Positions 49,572-59,815 of a stretch of DNA of 64,000 nt are shown in pieces. Source of the stretch: Thermodesulfobacteriota bacterium (lineage in GTDB: Bacteria > Desulfobacterota_D > UBA1144 > Nemesobacterales > UBA2774); contig OZ244197.1 of assembly GCA_965216785.1 (NCBI GenBank), forward strand, positions 192,001 to 256,000, given 5' to 3'. Each line of letters opens with the position of its first letter. The stretch's first letter is position 1. A program made the translations under genes and the position numbers. Under the pieces are notes generated by a model. That model saw only the letters and a list, made by a program, of their open reading frames with translations, was not told the origin of the DNA and made no database searches.

Positions 49572-51008
49572 TCAGGTATTCTGCTCACTCTCTTCAAGTA
49601 CTGAGGATTCCTGAGCTTTCATATTCATGGTCGGGTAACTCATCGTAGAGCCGCCGGCTTCTGCCACCTGCTGAAAATCCGGGTACGCCATCATACCGTG
49701 CTCCCCGATATCGAGGCCCGCAAGCTCTTCTTCCTCGGAAACTCTGAGTCCCATCGTAACTTTGATAAGCAGGAAAAGCCCCAGCGCGCAAACTACGGTG
49801 AATACGCCGTAGGCCACGACTCCAATGAGCTGGGTGAAGAAGCTGAAATCGGCCGCGAATATACCCACGGCCAACGTGCCCCAAATACCGCAAGTGAGGT
49901 GAACGGATATAGCACCGACAGGGTCGTCGATCTTGGCTATCTTGTCGAAAAACACGACTGAGCCTACTACGATGAGCCCGGCTATGAAGCCGACAATAAC
50001 AGCGCTCATGGGGGTCATTACGTCAGCGCCCGCCGTTATACCTACCAGTCCGGCAAGAGATCCGTTTAAAATCATTGAGAGGTCAGGCTTTTTGAACAGG
50101 ATCCATGAAAGCACCATCGCACCTATAACTCCTGCCGCTGCCGCAAGCGAGGTAGTTACGAATACGAGCGATATCAATTCAGGGTCTGCCGAAAGCACCG
50201 AGCCCCCGTTAAAACCGTACCATCCGAACCATAGTAAAAATACGCCGATTGCCGCAAGCGGAAGGCTGTGTCCGGGTATCGGCTTTAAACCTGATTTCGT
50301 GTATTTCCCTAGGCGCGGTCCGAGTAATATCGCTCCAACGAGAGCGCCCCAGCCGCCAACGCTGTGAACGAGCGTCGAGCCTGCAAAATCATAAAAGCCC
50401 ATCGCGTCGAGCCAGCCGCCGCCCCATTTCCAAGAACCCGCAATCGTGTATACGATCGCGACGAATATGGTCGAGAAGACAAGGAAACTGCTTAGCTTAA
50501 CCCTCTCTGCAACGGCCCCTGAAACAATGGTGGCCGCTGTGGCCGCGAACATTGCCTGGAAAATAAAGTCCGTCCAGTAAGTGTATCCGCCGTCCGCATA
50601 CTCAATGAGTCCGGCTGCCCCCTCGGGCGCCGCAATACCGAAGCCAGCAAACCCAAAGAACTGACCTATGGAAAAGTCTCCGGGGTACATCAGATTAAAA
50701 CCAACCAGTGCGTAAGTGAGAATACCAATGGAAATAATCGAAACATTTTTAAATAAAATGTTTGTAGTGTTCTTTGCTCTCGTTAGACCGGATTCTAGCG
50801 ACGCAAACCCCAGGTGCATAATAAACACTAGGAATGTCGCAACCAGCATCCACACGTTGTTAGCCACAAAAACAGCGTCGACCGCCGTAGGCCCTGCCGT
50901 CTCTTCCTGGGCATAGGACGTATATCCGGCACAAATTAAGATCGCAAGCACCGATAAATATATAAAGGCGTGCGATCTATTTTTTAACCCGTTCAAAAAC
51001 ACTTTCAT
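49572..51008 (-). CDS. amtB: Ammonium transporter (Amt family)
   Basis: FQAMFAATAATIVSGAVAER, DFAGSTLVH, WFGWYGFN, DDPVGAISVH; ATG 51008 with GGAGG RBS. Confidence 0.95.
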   Translation of the reverse strand: MKVFLNGLKNRSHAFIYLSVLAILICAGYTSYAQEETAGPTAVDAVFVANNVWMLVATFLVFIMHLGFASLESGLTRAKNTTNILFKNVSIISIGILTYALVGFNLMYPGDFSIGQFFGFAGFGIAAPEGAAGLIEYADGGYTYWTDFIFQAMFAATAATIVSGAVAERVKLSSFLVFSTIFVAIVYTIAGSWKWGGGWLDAMGFYDFAGSTLVHSVGGWGALVGAILLGPRLGKYTKSGLKPIPGHSLPLAAIGVFLLWFGWYGFNGGSVLSADPELISLVFVTTSLAAAAGVIGAMVLSWILFKKPDLSMILNGSLAGLVGITAGADVMTPMSAVIVGFIAGLIVVGSVVFFDKIAKIDDPVGAISVHLTCGIWGTLAVGIFAADFSFFTQLIGVVAYGVFTVVCALGLFLLIKVTMGLRVSEEEELAGLDIGEHGMMAYPDFQQVAEAGGSTMSYPTMNMKAQESSVLEESEQNT

Positions 51009-51063
51009 CTCAAGTCCTCCTTTGATGATTGTTCTGATACATTCATTATTAATACTGGGTTTG

Positions 51064-51079
51064 TGCAAGAGCCATGCCA
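51064..51079 (-). promoter_or_regulatory. Sigma54 promoter of amt-porin
   Basis: TGGCAT-GGCTC-TTGCA, near-consensus -24/-12. Confidence 0.8.
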
Positions 51080-51190
51080 GGTTGAAATTGTTAGGGGCCG
51101 GTTTAAAGAAATAGACCCCTACCCCCTATTATGATTGGATAAAATTGAAAATGGCGAGGAAGGACCTCAAAATAATATTATGAAAGGCTA

Positions 51191-51207
51191 TGCTTAGATA
51201 TTAAGCA
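51191..51207. promoter_or_regulatory. Probable NtrC-type enhancer site
   Basis: Palindrome TGCTTA-GATAT-TAAGCA (TGC-N11-GCA) about 110 nt upstream of the sigma54 site. Confidence 0.6.
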
Positions 51208-51282
51208 CGGAGTGTTGAAAATCGGGCAGTACATATGCTAAATGATATCGACCCAGAACTGGGAGTGCCGGACCACTTAGTT

Positions 51283-51732
51283 CTAATTTTCTTCGTCTGA
51301 GCTAAACCCGTTCCACTGAAATTCACCTTTGGGACCGAGTAGAGAAAATGGGTTATATGCAACTTCCCACAAATTGCCGTCAGGGTCAGAGAAGTAACCC
51401 GAATAACCGCCCCAGAAAACCTTTTCGGCAAGCTTAATAATTCGCCCGCCTGCCCTCTTTGCTTCTTCTAAAATCTCGTCGACTTCTTTTTCAGATCTTA
51501 CATTGTATGCAATAGTAAATGCCGAATAGCCTGATCGTTCCGAAGGAATTTTCACCTCCTCGACCATTTTATCCCAGGGATATAGAGCTAGAGTCATATT
51601 TTGGAGGTCATATGCAACAATCTCTTCCGACTGCTGCTCTGATGCAGCCTTCCAGCCCAGGGCATCATAAAATGCGCGCGCTCTGTTAAGGTTGGTGACA
51701 CATAGGGTTATGATACTTATTCGCTGATCCAT
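51283..51732 (-). CDS. VOC/glyoxalase family protein
   Basis: ISIITL.V.NL.RARAFY.ALGW, FWGGYSGYFSDPDGNLWEVAYNP; ATG 51732 preferred. Confidence 0.9.
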   Translation of the reverse strand: MDQRISIITLCVTNLNRARAFYDALGWKAASEQQSEEIVAYDLQNMTLALYPWDKMVEEVKIPSERSGYSAFTIAYNVRSEKEVDEILEEAKRAGGRIIKLAEKVFWGGYSGYFSDPDGNLWEVAYNPFSLLGPKGEFQWNGFSSDEEN

Positions 51733-51786
51733 TTCTTTACCGAACAATGAGGAAAGGATCCAAATCCCGGAAAAATCCTAGGAAGT

Positions 51787-53124
51787 TTATTCAATATCTA
51801 GCACTTTCCCTTTGGTTTCCGGAAGGGTCAGCACTACAAAGGCTGCCGCGACGGCGAATATGGATACTGTGGTCAGACCCACTGCAAAACCGTATTTTCC
51901 GACTAAAAATCCAATGAGCGGGGGAGCTACGGCGGATACACCTCTCCCCACGTTATAACAGAACCCCTGCGCTGTTCCACGCGCCCTGGTCGGGAAAATC
52001 TCTGAGAAAATTGCGCCGAAGCCTGAATAAAAACCGGTGCCGAAAAAGCCGATAAAAGGCCCCAGGATGAGTACCTCTTTAAGAGTGGTCGCGTGCCCGA
52101 AGAACCAAACAAGAACCGCCATTATAAGGAGATAAGCAACAAACACCGGTCTCCGACCAAAACGGTCGCTTATAAATCCAAACGTATTACAGCCTATAAA
52201 CGCACCTAAATTGATAGGGATAATCCAGATGAATCCTTTAGTATCGAGGCCAACCCCCTTTTCACTCGCAAGGAACTGAGGAAGCCAGAAATAGAGACCC
52301 CAGTAAGCAATCATACAAAGACTTGTAAGCAGTGTGGCTGTGATAGTAAACCTCAGAAGATCGGGCGCGAATATCTGACTTAGGGTAAAACCCTGCCCTT
52401 TCTCGCTCATAGTGCCTTCTTTGCGCATATCTTTGGTTTTTTGCCAAACCTCGGGCTCATCAAGGTGACGTCTGATATAGAAAACCAGAAATGCCGGCAG
52501 GACGCCTACCATAAACAGAATTCTCCATCCAAGGTCTATCCCGTCCAGGGTAAGACCTATAATAGGGATTGTATATTGAACACCTTCTTTAAAATGTGGA
52601 ATTATTAGTGTGGCAAGTATGGCGGCCAGTATGTAACCGATACCCCATCCGCTCTGCACCATGCCGATGACTTTTCCTCTGTGCTGGTTCGGCCACTTCT
52701 CGGCAACGAGTACTTCACCAGACGCCCATTCACCACCCATACCGAACCCTAAAAACACCCGGCAGACGAGAAGGAAAGCCACATTGGGTGAAAGTGCGCT
52801 TAGCCCGGTGAAAGCAGAGTAGAGAAGAATGCTGTATGTAAGAGCCCTGACACGGCCAATGTAGTCAGAGATAATGCCGAACACCGCGCCCCCGAATGCT
52901 GAAGCAAAGAGCGTGACTGAAAACAGCGCTCCCACCCAGGCCTCTGAGAGATTGAAGACCTTGCCGACCGAGCCCACAGCAAAAGCAAATAGCAGAAGGT
53001 CCATGGCATCGAGTGTCCATCCCAAGAACGCCGCATAGAAGGCTTTCCACTGCTCAGAAGTAATTTCATTAACCCAACCGAAAAGACCGCCGCCCGACGA
53101 CGCGCCTGATGTTTGATTACTCAT
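51787..53124 (-). CDS. MFS transporter (aromatic acid/sialate:H+ symporter-like)
   Basis: GWTLDAMD, SDYIGR, GMGGEW, SDRFGRR, EIFPTRARG, LPETKG; 12 TMs. Confidence 0.92.
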   Translation of the reverse strand: MSNQTSGASSGGGLFGWVNEITSEQWKAFYAAFLGWTLDAMDLLLFAFAVGSVGKVFNLSEAWVGALFSVTLFASAFGGAVFGIISDYIGRVRALTYSILLYSAFTGLSALSPNVAFLLVCRVFLGFGMGGEWASGEVLVAEKWPNQHRGKVIGMVQSGWGIGYILAAILATLIIPHFKEGVQYTIPIIGLTLDGIDLGWRILFMVGVLPAFLVFYIRRHLDEPEVWQKTKDMRKEGTMSEKGQGFTLSQIFAPDLLRFTITATLLTSLCMIAYWGLYFWLPQFLASEKGVGLDTKGFIWIIPINLGAFIGCNTFGFISDRFGRRPVFVAYLLIMAVLVWFFGHATTLKEVLILGPFIGFFGTGFYSGFGAIFSEIFPTRARGTAQGFCYNVGRGVSAVAPPLIGFLVGKYGFAVGLTTVSIFAVAAAFVVLTLPETKGKVLDIE

Positions 53125-53168
53125 ACGAAAGCCTCCCTATAACTCTCAATACTATAGATATTTTTTCC

Positions 53169-53197
53169 ATCCTACTAAATTTAGCAAACTATGTCAA
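53169..53197 (-). promoter_or_regulatory. Sigma70 promoter of the MFS gene
   Basis: TTGACA-17 nt-TAGGAT. Confidence 0.6.
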
Positions 53198-53289
53198 TCC
53201 TGTCATCTCGCTGTATATCCAAATCTTCCGACGCTGCATACTATATTAATATTAAAGCTAATAAGGTGATTTTACACATTAAAGTTTTC

Positions 53290-53318
53290 TTGACTAGCTA
53301 GGGGTACAGCGTTAAAGT
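53290..53318 (+). promoter_or_regulatory. Sigma70 promoter of miaB
   Basis: TTGACT-17 nt-TAAAGT; predicted transcription start near the first repeat unit. Confidence 0.6.
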
Positions 53319-53322
53319 CTAA

Positions 53323-53484
53323 TGGGGACGGAGGCGAGCTCTTTCGAGCGATGCCGGGGAATTATTTGGGGACGGAGGCGAGCGTTTTCGAGCGATGCCG
53401 GGGAATTATTTGGGGACGGAGGCGAGTGTTTTCGAGCAATGCCGGGGAATTATTTAGGGATGGAGGCAAGTGCTTTATAGCAAT
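53323..53484 (+). repeat. 44-bp tandem repeat, about 3.7 units, in the miaB leader
   Basis: TGGGGACGGAGGCGAGCGTTTTCGAGCGATGCCGGGGAATTATT; units start at 53323, 53367, 53411 and 53455 (degenerate, partial). Confidence 0.95.
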
Positions 53485-53506
53485 TTACACAGGATTTAAA
53501 TGAAAA

Positions 53507-54814
53507 ATGGCGAAGAGAAACCTATACATAGAGACCTATGGCTGCCAGATGAACGAGTATGACTCGGACAGGATTACAGCGGCTCTTGGAGCACAATTAA
53601 CCGACGATCCCAAATGCGCGGACGTTATTATTATCAACACCTGCGCAATCAGGGACAAAGCCGACCAGAAAGCGTTCAGCAGCCTCGGAAAGTATAAACA
53701 TATTAAAGCGAAGAACCCAGATGTGATTGTAGGTATGGCCGGATGCGTGGCGCAGCTCTACGGAGACTCTATGCTAAAGCGTATGCCGCACCTTGATTTT
53801 GTGCTAGGTCCGAGGGCAATCCCCAAGCTTCCTGAGATTATCTCAGATATAGAGAGGAAAAAGATCAGGACCGTTGAGACCTCTTATGATGTAGAGGAGC
53901 TTTTCGACGTAGAGCCCTATCATAAGCCCGGAGATGTCACAGCGTTTGTTTCTGTGCAGCAGGGATGCAATAAGAGGTGCTCTTACTGCATAGTACCGTA
54001 CGTAAGGGGAGATGAGGTAAACAGGCCACTTGAGGATATAATCACTGAGACTGAGAGCATGGTTAATAAGGGAGTAAGGGAAATTACGTTTATAGGCCAG
54101 ACCGTGAATTCCTGGAAACAAAACGGCTATAAGTTCGGGGACCTTCTGAGAGCGGCGGGGGATATAGAAGACCTTGAGCGGATACGTTTTACAACTTCTT
54201 ACCCAAGGGATATAACAAAGAGAATGATAGACGCTATGAAAGACGTCCCACAAATCTGCCCCCACATCCACCTGCCGGTTCAATCAGGATCAAATGAAGT
54301 GCTTTCAAAAATGCAGAGGACTTATACGAGAGAATGGTTTGTTGATACAGTGAACAGGCTCCGGGACGAGATCGCAGATTTTGCAATCTCAACCGATATA
54401 ATTGTAGGTTTCCCGGGGGAGACGGATAAGGATTTCGAAGAAACTATGTCGCTTATGGAGGAGGTCAGGTTTGAGAGCGCTTTTTCATTTATCTATTCTC
54501 CGAGACCAGGTACTCCTGCTGCAGAAATAACAGGGAATGAGTGCGTAGACAAAGAGGTAGCGAGCGCTCGGCTGTCGCGCCTTCAGCAGCGTCAGAGCGA
54601 TATTACATTTGAGAGCAACTCAAACAGGGTCGGCAGGATCGAAGAAGTCCTGGTTGAAGGACCCAGTAAAAAAGATGAGAGCTTCATCACTGGACGGACC
54701 TCGCAGAACAGGATTGCCAATTTCATGGGCCCTCAAGCGCTTACAGGCACTGTGGTTAAGGTGAGAATTACAGAGGGCCTTCAGAACTCCATTCGTGGAG
54801 AGCTTGTTGTATAA
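53507..54814 (+). CDS. miaB: tRNA-2-methylthio-N6-dimethylallyladenosine synthase
   Basis: TYGCQMNEYDS, NTCAIR, GCVAQ, CNKRCSYC, C-terminal TRAM domain. Confidence 0.96.
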   Translation: MAKRNLYIETYGCQMNEYDSDRITAALGAQLTDDPKCADVIIINTCAIRDKADQKAFSSLGKYKHIKAKNPDVIVGMAGCVAQLYGDSMLKRMPHLDFVLGPRAIPKLPEIISDIERKKIRTVETSYDVEELFDVEPYHKPGDVTAFVSVQQGCNKRCSYCIVPYVRGDEVNRPLEDIITETESMVNKGVREITFIGQTVNSWKQNGYKFGDLLRAAGDIEDLERIRFTTSYPRDITKRMIDAMKDVPQICPHIHLPVQSGSNEVLSKMQRTYTREWFVDTVNRLRDEIADFAISTDIIVGFPGETDKDFEETMSLMEEVRFESAFSFIYSPRPGTPAAEITGNECVDKEVASARLSRLQQRQSDITFESNSNRVGRIEEVLVEGPSKKDESFITGRTSQNRIANFMGPQALTGTVVKVRITEGLQNSIRGELVV

Positions 54815-54837
54815 TATTTATTAGGGAGGTAACTGCA

Positions 54838-55311
54838 ATGCTAAAGATGAAGGTATCAGGTATCGCGCTTGACCCTTTCACCAACAGCCCGATTGTAATA
54901 CTAAAGGACGAAATGGATGAAAGGACTCTTCCCATATGGATAGGTTTTATGGAGGCAAGCTCTATAGCCATGGAGCTTGAAAAGACACCCAGGATAAGGC
55001 CAATCACCCACGACCTTGTAAAGAATCTCCTAGAAAAGCTTAATTACAGCGTGTCTAAGATAGAGGTTACGGACCTCCGTGACGACACTTTCTATGCACG
55101 TATATATCTTCAAAAAAACGGCGAGGAACACTCACTCGACTCAAGACCAAGCGACGCTATAGCTATCGCGCTCAGAACAGATTCCCCTATATTCGTAAAC
55201 GAAGAAGTCATAGAAAAATCAAAGACAATCGAAATAGACGAAGATAAGGATAAGCTTAACGATCTACTTGAGAATATGACTGACGGGGACTTTGGAAAAT
55301 ACAAGATGTAA
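54838..55311 (+). CDS. Bifunctional nuclease family (DUF151)
   Basis: LPIWIG..EA, RPITHDL, DSRPSDAIAIALR. Confidence 0.93.
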   Translation: MLKMKVSGIALDPFTNSPIVILKDEMDERTLPIWIGFMEASSIAMELEKTPRIRPITHDLVKNLLEKLNYSVSKIEVTDLRDDTFYARIYLQKNGEEHSLDSRPSDAIAIALRTDSPIFVNEEVIEKSKTIEIDEDKDKLNDLLENMTDGDFGKYKM

Positions 55312-55349
55312 AAAGATCGGGAAAACCTATCTCAAAAGATTATAGCTTA

Positions 55350-56762
55350 TTAAAGCTCGCCGGCTTCTTCCATTATATCCTCACCGCTCTCGTCACCAAG
55401 CTCGTGCTTTGCAAGACGGTAGCGCAGCGAGCGGAGTGTAATTCCAAGAAGCTTTGCGGCCTCTGTCTTATTGCCGTTTGTACTCCGTAGCGCCTTCTCG
55501 ATCATCTTCCTCTCAACATCGCTCATAAGTGTATCAAGACTTGTGCTCGAGGAAAAGCTGGTGTCCAGATCAATGTAGTCCTTTCCGGTTACGAGCTGAG
55601 GCAGGGTCTCCTGACGGATGACGTTTGAGCTTTCAAGAGCGACGCAGCGCGCGATTATATTCTCAAGCTCTCTCACGTTGCCCGGATAATGGTAATTCTC
55701 AAGAGTCTCAAGCGCTTTTGGAGATATACCCCTTATATCCTTAGCCATTTCCTCTGCGTACTTGTTAATAAAATGAATCGCAAGCGGCGAAACATCGATC
55801 CTTCTTTCCCTTAAAGGCGGAAGCATTATCTTAATTACATTTAAACGGTAAAAAAGGTCCTCTCTGAACCTGCCTTCGGCCACTTCCTCTTCGAGATTTT
55901 TGTTTGTGGCTGCTATGATTCTTATATCGACATCAATATTTTCAGTCGAGCCCAGCGGCCTGATCTTTTTGTCCTCTATAACTCTAAGGAGCTTGACCTG
56001 GAGATGAAGCGGAAGATCGCCAATTTCATCAAGGAATATTGTGCCGGTATGCGCCTCTTCAAACAGCCCTTTTTTATCTGTGACGGCCCCTGTAAAAGCG
56101 CCTTTTTTATATCCGAAAAGCTCACTCTCCATAAGAGACTCGGGAATAGCTCCACAGTTTACGGGTATAAAAGGCTTTTCATGTCTCGAACCACTGTAGT
56201 GAATTGCTCGCGCGACAAGTTCTTTACCCGTTCCGCTCTCTCCCGCAATCAGCACATTTACATTAAGCTCCGCAACCCGCTTTATAAGCTCGAATACTTT
56301 TACAATCGACGGGCTTCTGCCGATAATGTTACCGAACCCGTACTGTGTCTCGAGCTCTTTTCTGAGCCTAGTGTTCTCTCTCTCAAGCTTCTTCTTATCG
56401 AGAGCTTTCTTAATAACTAATTTGATTTCGTCAATTTTAAAGGGCTTTGTAATGTAGTCGTAAGCCCCGAGCTTCATCGCCTCAATCGCAGTCTCGTGCG
56501 ATGCATAAGCAGTAATCATTATTACTGTAGTATCAGGGCTCTTTTCATTAATTTTTTTAAGCACCTCAATACCGTTCATTACAGGCATCTGGATATCGGT
56601 GATAGCCAGATCGAACAAAGTATTGTCAATCTTGTCCATAGCTTCAGGACCGTCTGAAGCCGTTTCGACAATATAGCCGTCTTTTTGGAGCATTATCTCC
56701 AAAAACTCTCTCATCCCAGGCTCATCGTCTATAACTATAATCTTATTTTTACTATCCTCCAT
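55350..56762 (-). CDS. pilR: Sigma54-dependent response regulator PilR
   Basis: Receiver domain, [25 protein letters not shown], Fis HTH; follows pilBTC and the kinase. Confidence 0.88.
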   Translation of the reverse strand: MEDSKNKIIVIDDEPGMREFLEIMLQKDGYIVETASDGPEAMDKIDNTLFDLAITDIQMPVMNGIEVLKKINEKSPDTTVIMITAYASHETAIEAMKLGAYDYITKPFKIDEIKLVIKKALDKKKLERENTRLRKELETQYGFGNIIGRSPSIVKVFELIKRVAELNVNVLIAGESGTGKELVARAIHYSGSRHEKPFIPVNCGAIPESLMESELFGYKKGAFTGAVTDKKGLFEEAHTGTIFLDEIGDLPLHLQVKLLRVIEDKKIRPLGSTENIDVDIRIIAATNKNLEEEVAEGRFREDLFYRLNVIKIMLPPLRERRIDVSPLAIHFINKYAEEMAKDIRGISPKALETLENYHYPGNVRELENIIARCVALESSNVIRQETLPQLVTGKDYIDLDTSFSSSTSLDTLMSDVERKMIEKALRSTNGNKTEAAKLLGITLRSLRYRLAKHELGDESGEDIMEEAGEL

Positions 56763-56808
56763 CTCTTACATATACCTCGTGAATAATCTTGGTTCCTGAG
56801 CTAAATTC

Positions 56809-58479
56809 TTATTGGATTCTCGGTAATGTGATAAAAAATGTAGCCCCTTTTCCAGGGGAGCTTTCTACATTTACTTCACCATTATAACCTTCAATTACTT
56901 TTTGTACAATTGCGAGACCAAGCCCCGTACCTACCTCCTTAGTTGTAAAAAATGGATCGAAAAGCCTGGATTTAATTTTATCTTCTATCCCCCTTCCTTC
57001 ATCCCTGAACTTAAGGATTACATTTCCGTTCCGAAACTCAGAGCTCAGCGTGACCTTACCTCCACCGGGCATGGCTTCGATCGAATTCATAAGGAGGTTC
57101 CAAATGGCTTGTTTTAATCTGTAAGAATGGGCCTTTACATAAATTTCCTCTTCAATCCCGTTTATGATTTCAATATTGGAGCGTCTTATTGTTTTGGTAA
57201 ATGAGTCGACGGTACTGGAAATTATTTTACCTAGGTCAACTGAGGATTTATTTTTCTGTATAGGCATCGTCAGGATCAGGAAGTCTTCGACAAGCAAATT
57301 GAGCCTCTCAACCTCCTGAGTAGCGACTCCGATTAGACGCTCATGCTCATCGGTCGGGGTCAAATCTTCTCTAAGAATTTCAACAGCACCGCTAATTGCA
57401 GAGAGAGGGTTTCTGAGCTCATGCGCAAGACCCGCTGAAAGCTGACCCAAAACAGCCATTTTCTCAGAAGTCATCAGACGCTCTTCAAGCTCTTTAACCT
57501 CTGTCAAGTCTTGGAAAATGATTATATAACCCTGAAGCCCATCGTCCGTATCTCTGAGGTCCGAGGAAGAAAACCCGAGTGTAAGCGTTCTTCCATCAGG
57601 CCTGGTGTAAGAGATTTGCTCTCTTTGACTTGAACTGAAACCAGGTATCTGAAGCCCGGATATTATGGAGCTTACGTCCCTGCCCAGCAGATTTTGCCCA
57701 TCCTGCTCACCCAGAATTTCCCGGCCTGTTTTGTTGAGCGATATAATCTTGCCTTGAAGATCGAGCGTAAGCAATCCGCTTGTCAAGCTCTCGAGTATAT
57801 TCTCGTGCAGGTTCTTCAGCACCCTAAGAGTCTTTTCGCTCTCTCCGAGCTCGCGCCCCGCAAGGCGTATGCGGTCTGACAAGTACCCCCCCAGAATCGC
57901 TATGAGTAAAAACCCGGTCAGATGGAAATATGTGGAGACAAGACCGCCCTCTCCCCAAATGGAACTTGCGCCGGGCACTGTCCCGCCGTCCAGGGGAAAA
58001 TTAAGACGCGTTTGGTAATAAACAATCAGAATATAGACCACGCCTGAAACTAGTGCGGTCAGATAGCTGGCAAGCCTTGAAAGCACTATACTTGCATAGA
58101 TTATGATAAACACATATAGGAAGATAAACGGGCTCGATCTCCCTCCTGTAATATATATCGCTGTTGAGGCAAGCGCTATATCGAAAGTGAGCTGGGTTAT
58201 CTGGAAAAATCTGGGATAACTCTTAAGAGCGGACTGTAAAAATAAGTAGATTAAGCTCAAAAAATATACGGCGGCAAGTATGACGACCAGATAAAACGCC
58301 TCGGTTTTCGCGCCCCTTATATAGTAAACAATCGCCCCCGCGCCAAGTAACACAGTAGCAAATATAATCCTAAGCACTATCGTGTTTTTGAGCCCGTGAC
58401 TTAATTTCCCGAGAAGCTTCATATATGTCCTAAGAGTAAACTTTGCCTTTACTACATGCAAGATTGAATGGGAACTCAT
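56809..58479 (-). CDS. pilS: Sensor histidine kinase PilS
   Basis: About 6 TMs, PAS, AHELRNPL, NLLMNS, PFFTTK, GTGLGL; synteny; start may be at 58422. Confidence 0.88.
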   Translation of the reverse strand: MSSHSILHVVKAKFTLRTYMKLLGKLSHGLKNTIVLRIIFATVLLGAGAIVYYIRGAKTEAFYLVVILAAVYFLSLIYLFLQSALKSYPRFFQITQLTFDIALASTAIYITGGRSSPFIFLYVFIIIYASIVLSRLASYLTALVSGVVYILIVYYQTRLNFPLDGGTVPGASSIWGEGGLVSTYFHLTGFLLIAILGGYLSDRIRLAGRELGESEKTLRVLKNLHENILESLTSGLLTLDLQGKIISLNKTGREILGEQDGQNLLGRDVSSIISGLQIPGFSSSQREQISYTRPDGRTLTLGFSSSDLRDTDDGLQGYIIIFQDLTEVKELEERLMTSEKMAVLGQLSAGLAHELRNPLSAISGAVEILREDLTPTDEHERLIGVATQEVERLNLLVEDFLILTMPIQKNKSSVDLGKIISSTVDSFTKTIRRSNIEIINGIEEEIYVKAHSYRLKQAIWNLLMNSIEAMPGGGKVTLSSEFRNGNVILKFRDEGRGIEDKIKSRLFDPFFTTKEVGTGLGLAIVQKVIEGYNGEVNVESSPGKGATFFITLPRIQ

Positions 58480-58539
58480 ACTACATCCCTTAAATCATAT
58501 AAAACTCTTGCTAAGCAGATGGCGGTTGAGCCCTAAGCC

Positions 58540-59754
58540 CTAATCCGCGAGGGTTGAAATGAGCTTGAACATAGGGAGGTACATAGATACAACAATAACG
58601 CCCACTGTAGCTCCCAGAAATGTGATCATTAATGGCTCTAGAGCGGAAAGAAGCGCCGCAACAGCAATATCAACTTCTTCCTCATAAAAATCAGCAATTT
58701 TATTGAGCATATCGTCAAGCGCACCCGTCTGCTCACCCACCGCGATCATCTGAATGACCATCGGCGGGAATAGTTTTGGCCTTGTCGAAAGCGGCTCTGC
58801 TATCGACTGTCCTTCACTAACTGCTTGTTTCGCCTCTAAAATAGCTTCCTCGGTAATAATGTTTCCGGATGCCTTTGCAGTAATATCCAGACCATCAAGT
58901 ATGGCTATACCGCCAGAGGTAAGGGTTGCAAGAGTCCGGCAGAACCTCGCGATAACAGTTTTTAGAATAAGCGGCCCTATAAGCCACATTTTCAACAGAA
59001 ACGCGTCGCACAATCTTCTTATCTTAAATGAGCGCCTATATAGTAATCCAATCAAAAAGACAATTGCCCCGATAGCAATAATTATGAATAGGACGTTGTG
59101 TCTAATAAATGCGCTCGTATCGACGACTAACTGGGTAAGCGTGGGAAGGGTAGTACCCATATCCTTGAACATTTCGGCAAATACCGGAACAACAAATATT
59201 ATTACGACCGCAAGCACCATAACGGCAACCCCTATAACTATGGAGGGATACACGAGAGCGCCTTTGATCTTCCTCTGTATCGAATCCATTTTTTCCAGAT
59301 AGGTAGCCAGCCTCTGGAGCACGACATCGAGCACACCGCCTGTTTCAGCCGCTCTTATGAGCTGTACGTATAAATTGGAAAATACCTTGGGGTGCTTACC
59401 CAGGGCATCGGCGAACGCTGATCCCGCTTCCACATCCTCTTTAACTTTTACAATAATGTCCTTGAATTTCTTATTCGGATTCTGCGCCGCCAGTATATCG
59501 AGCCCTCTTACGAGCGGGAGACCGGCGTCTATCATCGTGGAGAGCTGTCTTGTAAAAACGACAAGATCTCTTGTGGAAATTCCTCCGAAGCTGATATTCA
59601 TGCTCAGGAGGCTGCCTTTTTCTTTAATCTTGTTAGGAAGAGGCTGTATCTGCATCTGCCTCAAGCGAGCCAGAACTGCAGATTTGCTCGGAGCTTCCAT
59701 CTCTCCTTTTTGATGCGATCCCCTGACCCTTCCTTCCCATACGAATACCGGCAT
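58540..59754 (-). CDS. pilC: Type IV pilus platform protein PilC
   Basis: FTRQLSTMIDAGLP, two T2SSF repeats, GEQTGALD, MYLPMF. Confidence 0.95.
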   Translation of the reverse strand: MPVFVWEGRVRGSHQKGEMEAPSKSAVLARLRQMQIQPLPNKIKEKGSLLSMNISFGGISTRDLVVFTRQLSTMIDAGLPLVRGLDILAAQNPNKKFKDIIVKVKEDVEAGSAFADALGKHPKVFSNLYVQLIRAAETGGVLDVVLQRLATYLEKMDSIQRKIKGALVYPSIVIGVAVMVLAVVIIFVVPVFAEMFKDMGTTLPTLTQLVVDTSAFIRHNVLFIIIAIGAIVFLIGLLYRRSFKIRRLCDAFLLKMWLIGPLILKTVIARFCRTLATLTSGGIAILDGLDITAKASGNIITEEAILEAKQAVSEGQSIAEPLSTRPKLFPPMVIQMIAVGEQTGALDDMLNKIADFYEEEVDIAVAALLSALEPLMITFLGATVGVIVVSMYLPMFKLISTLAD

Positions 59755-59815
59755 CTATATTCTCCTATATTGAAATACGAATGCGTACATGAATGTGTAA
59801 TTGATCATAACTTTT

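Noticed and set aside
53323-53484. CRISPR array
   Set aside because: Units are contiguous near-identical 44-mers with no unique spacers, and there are no cas genes in the window
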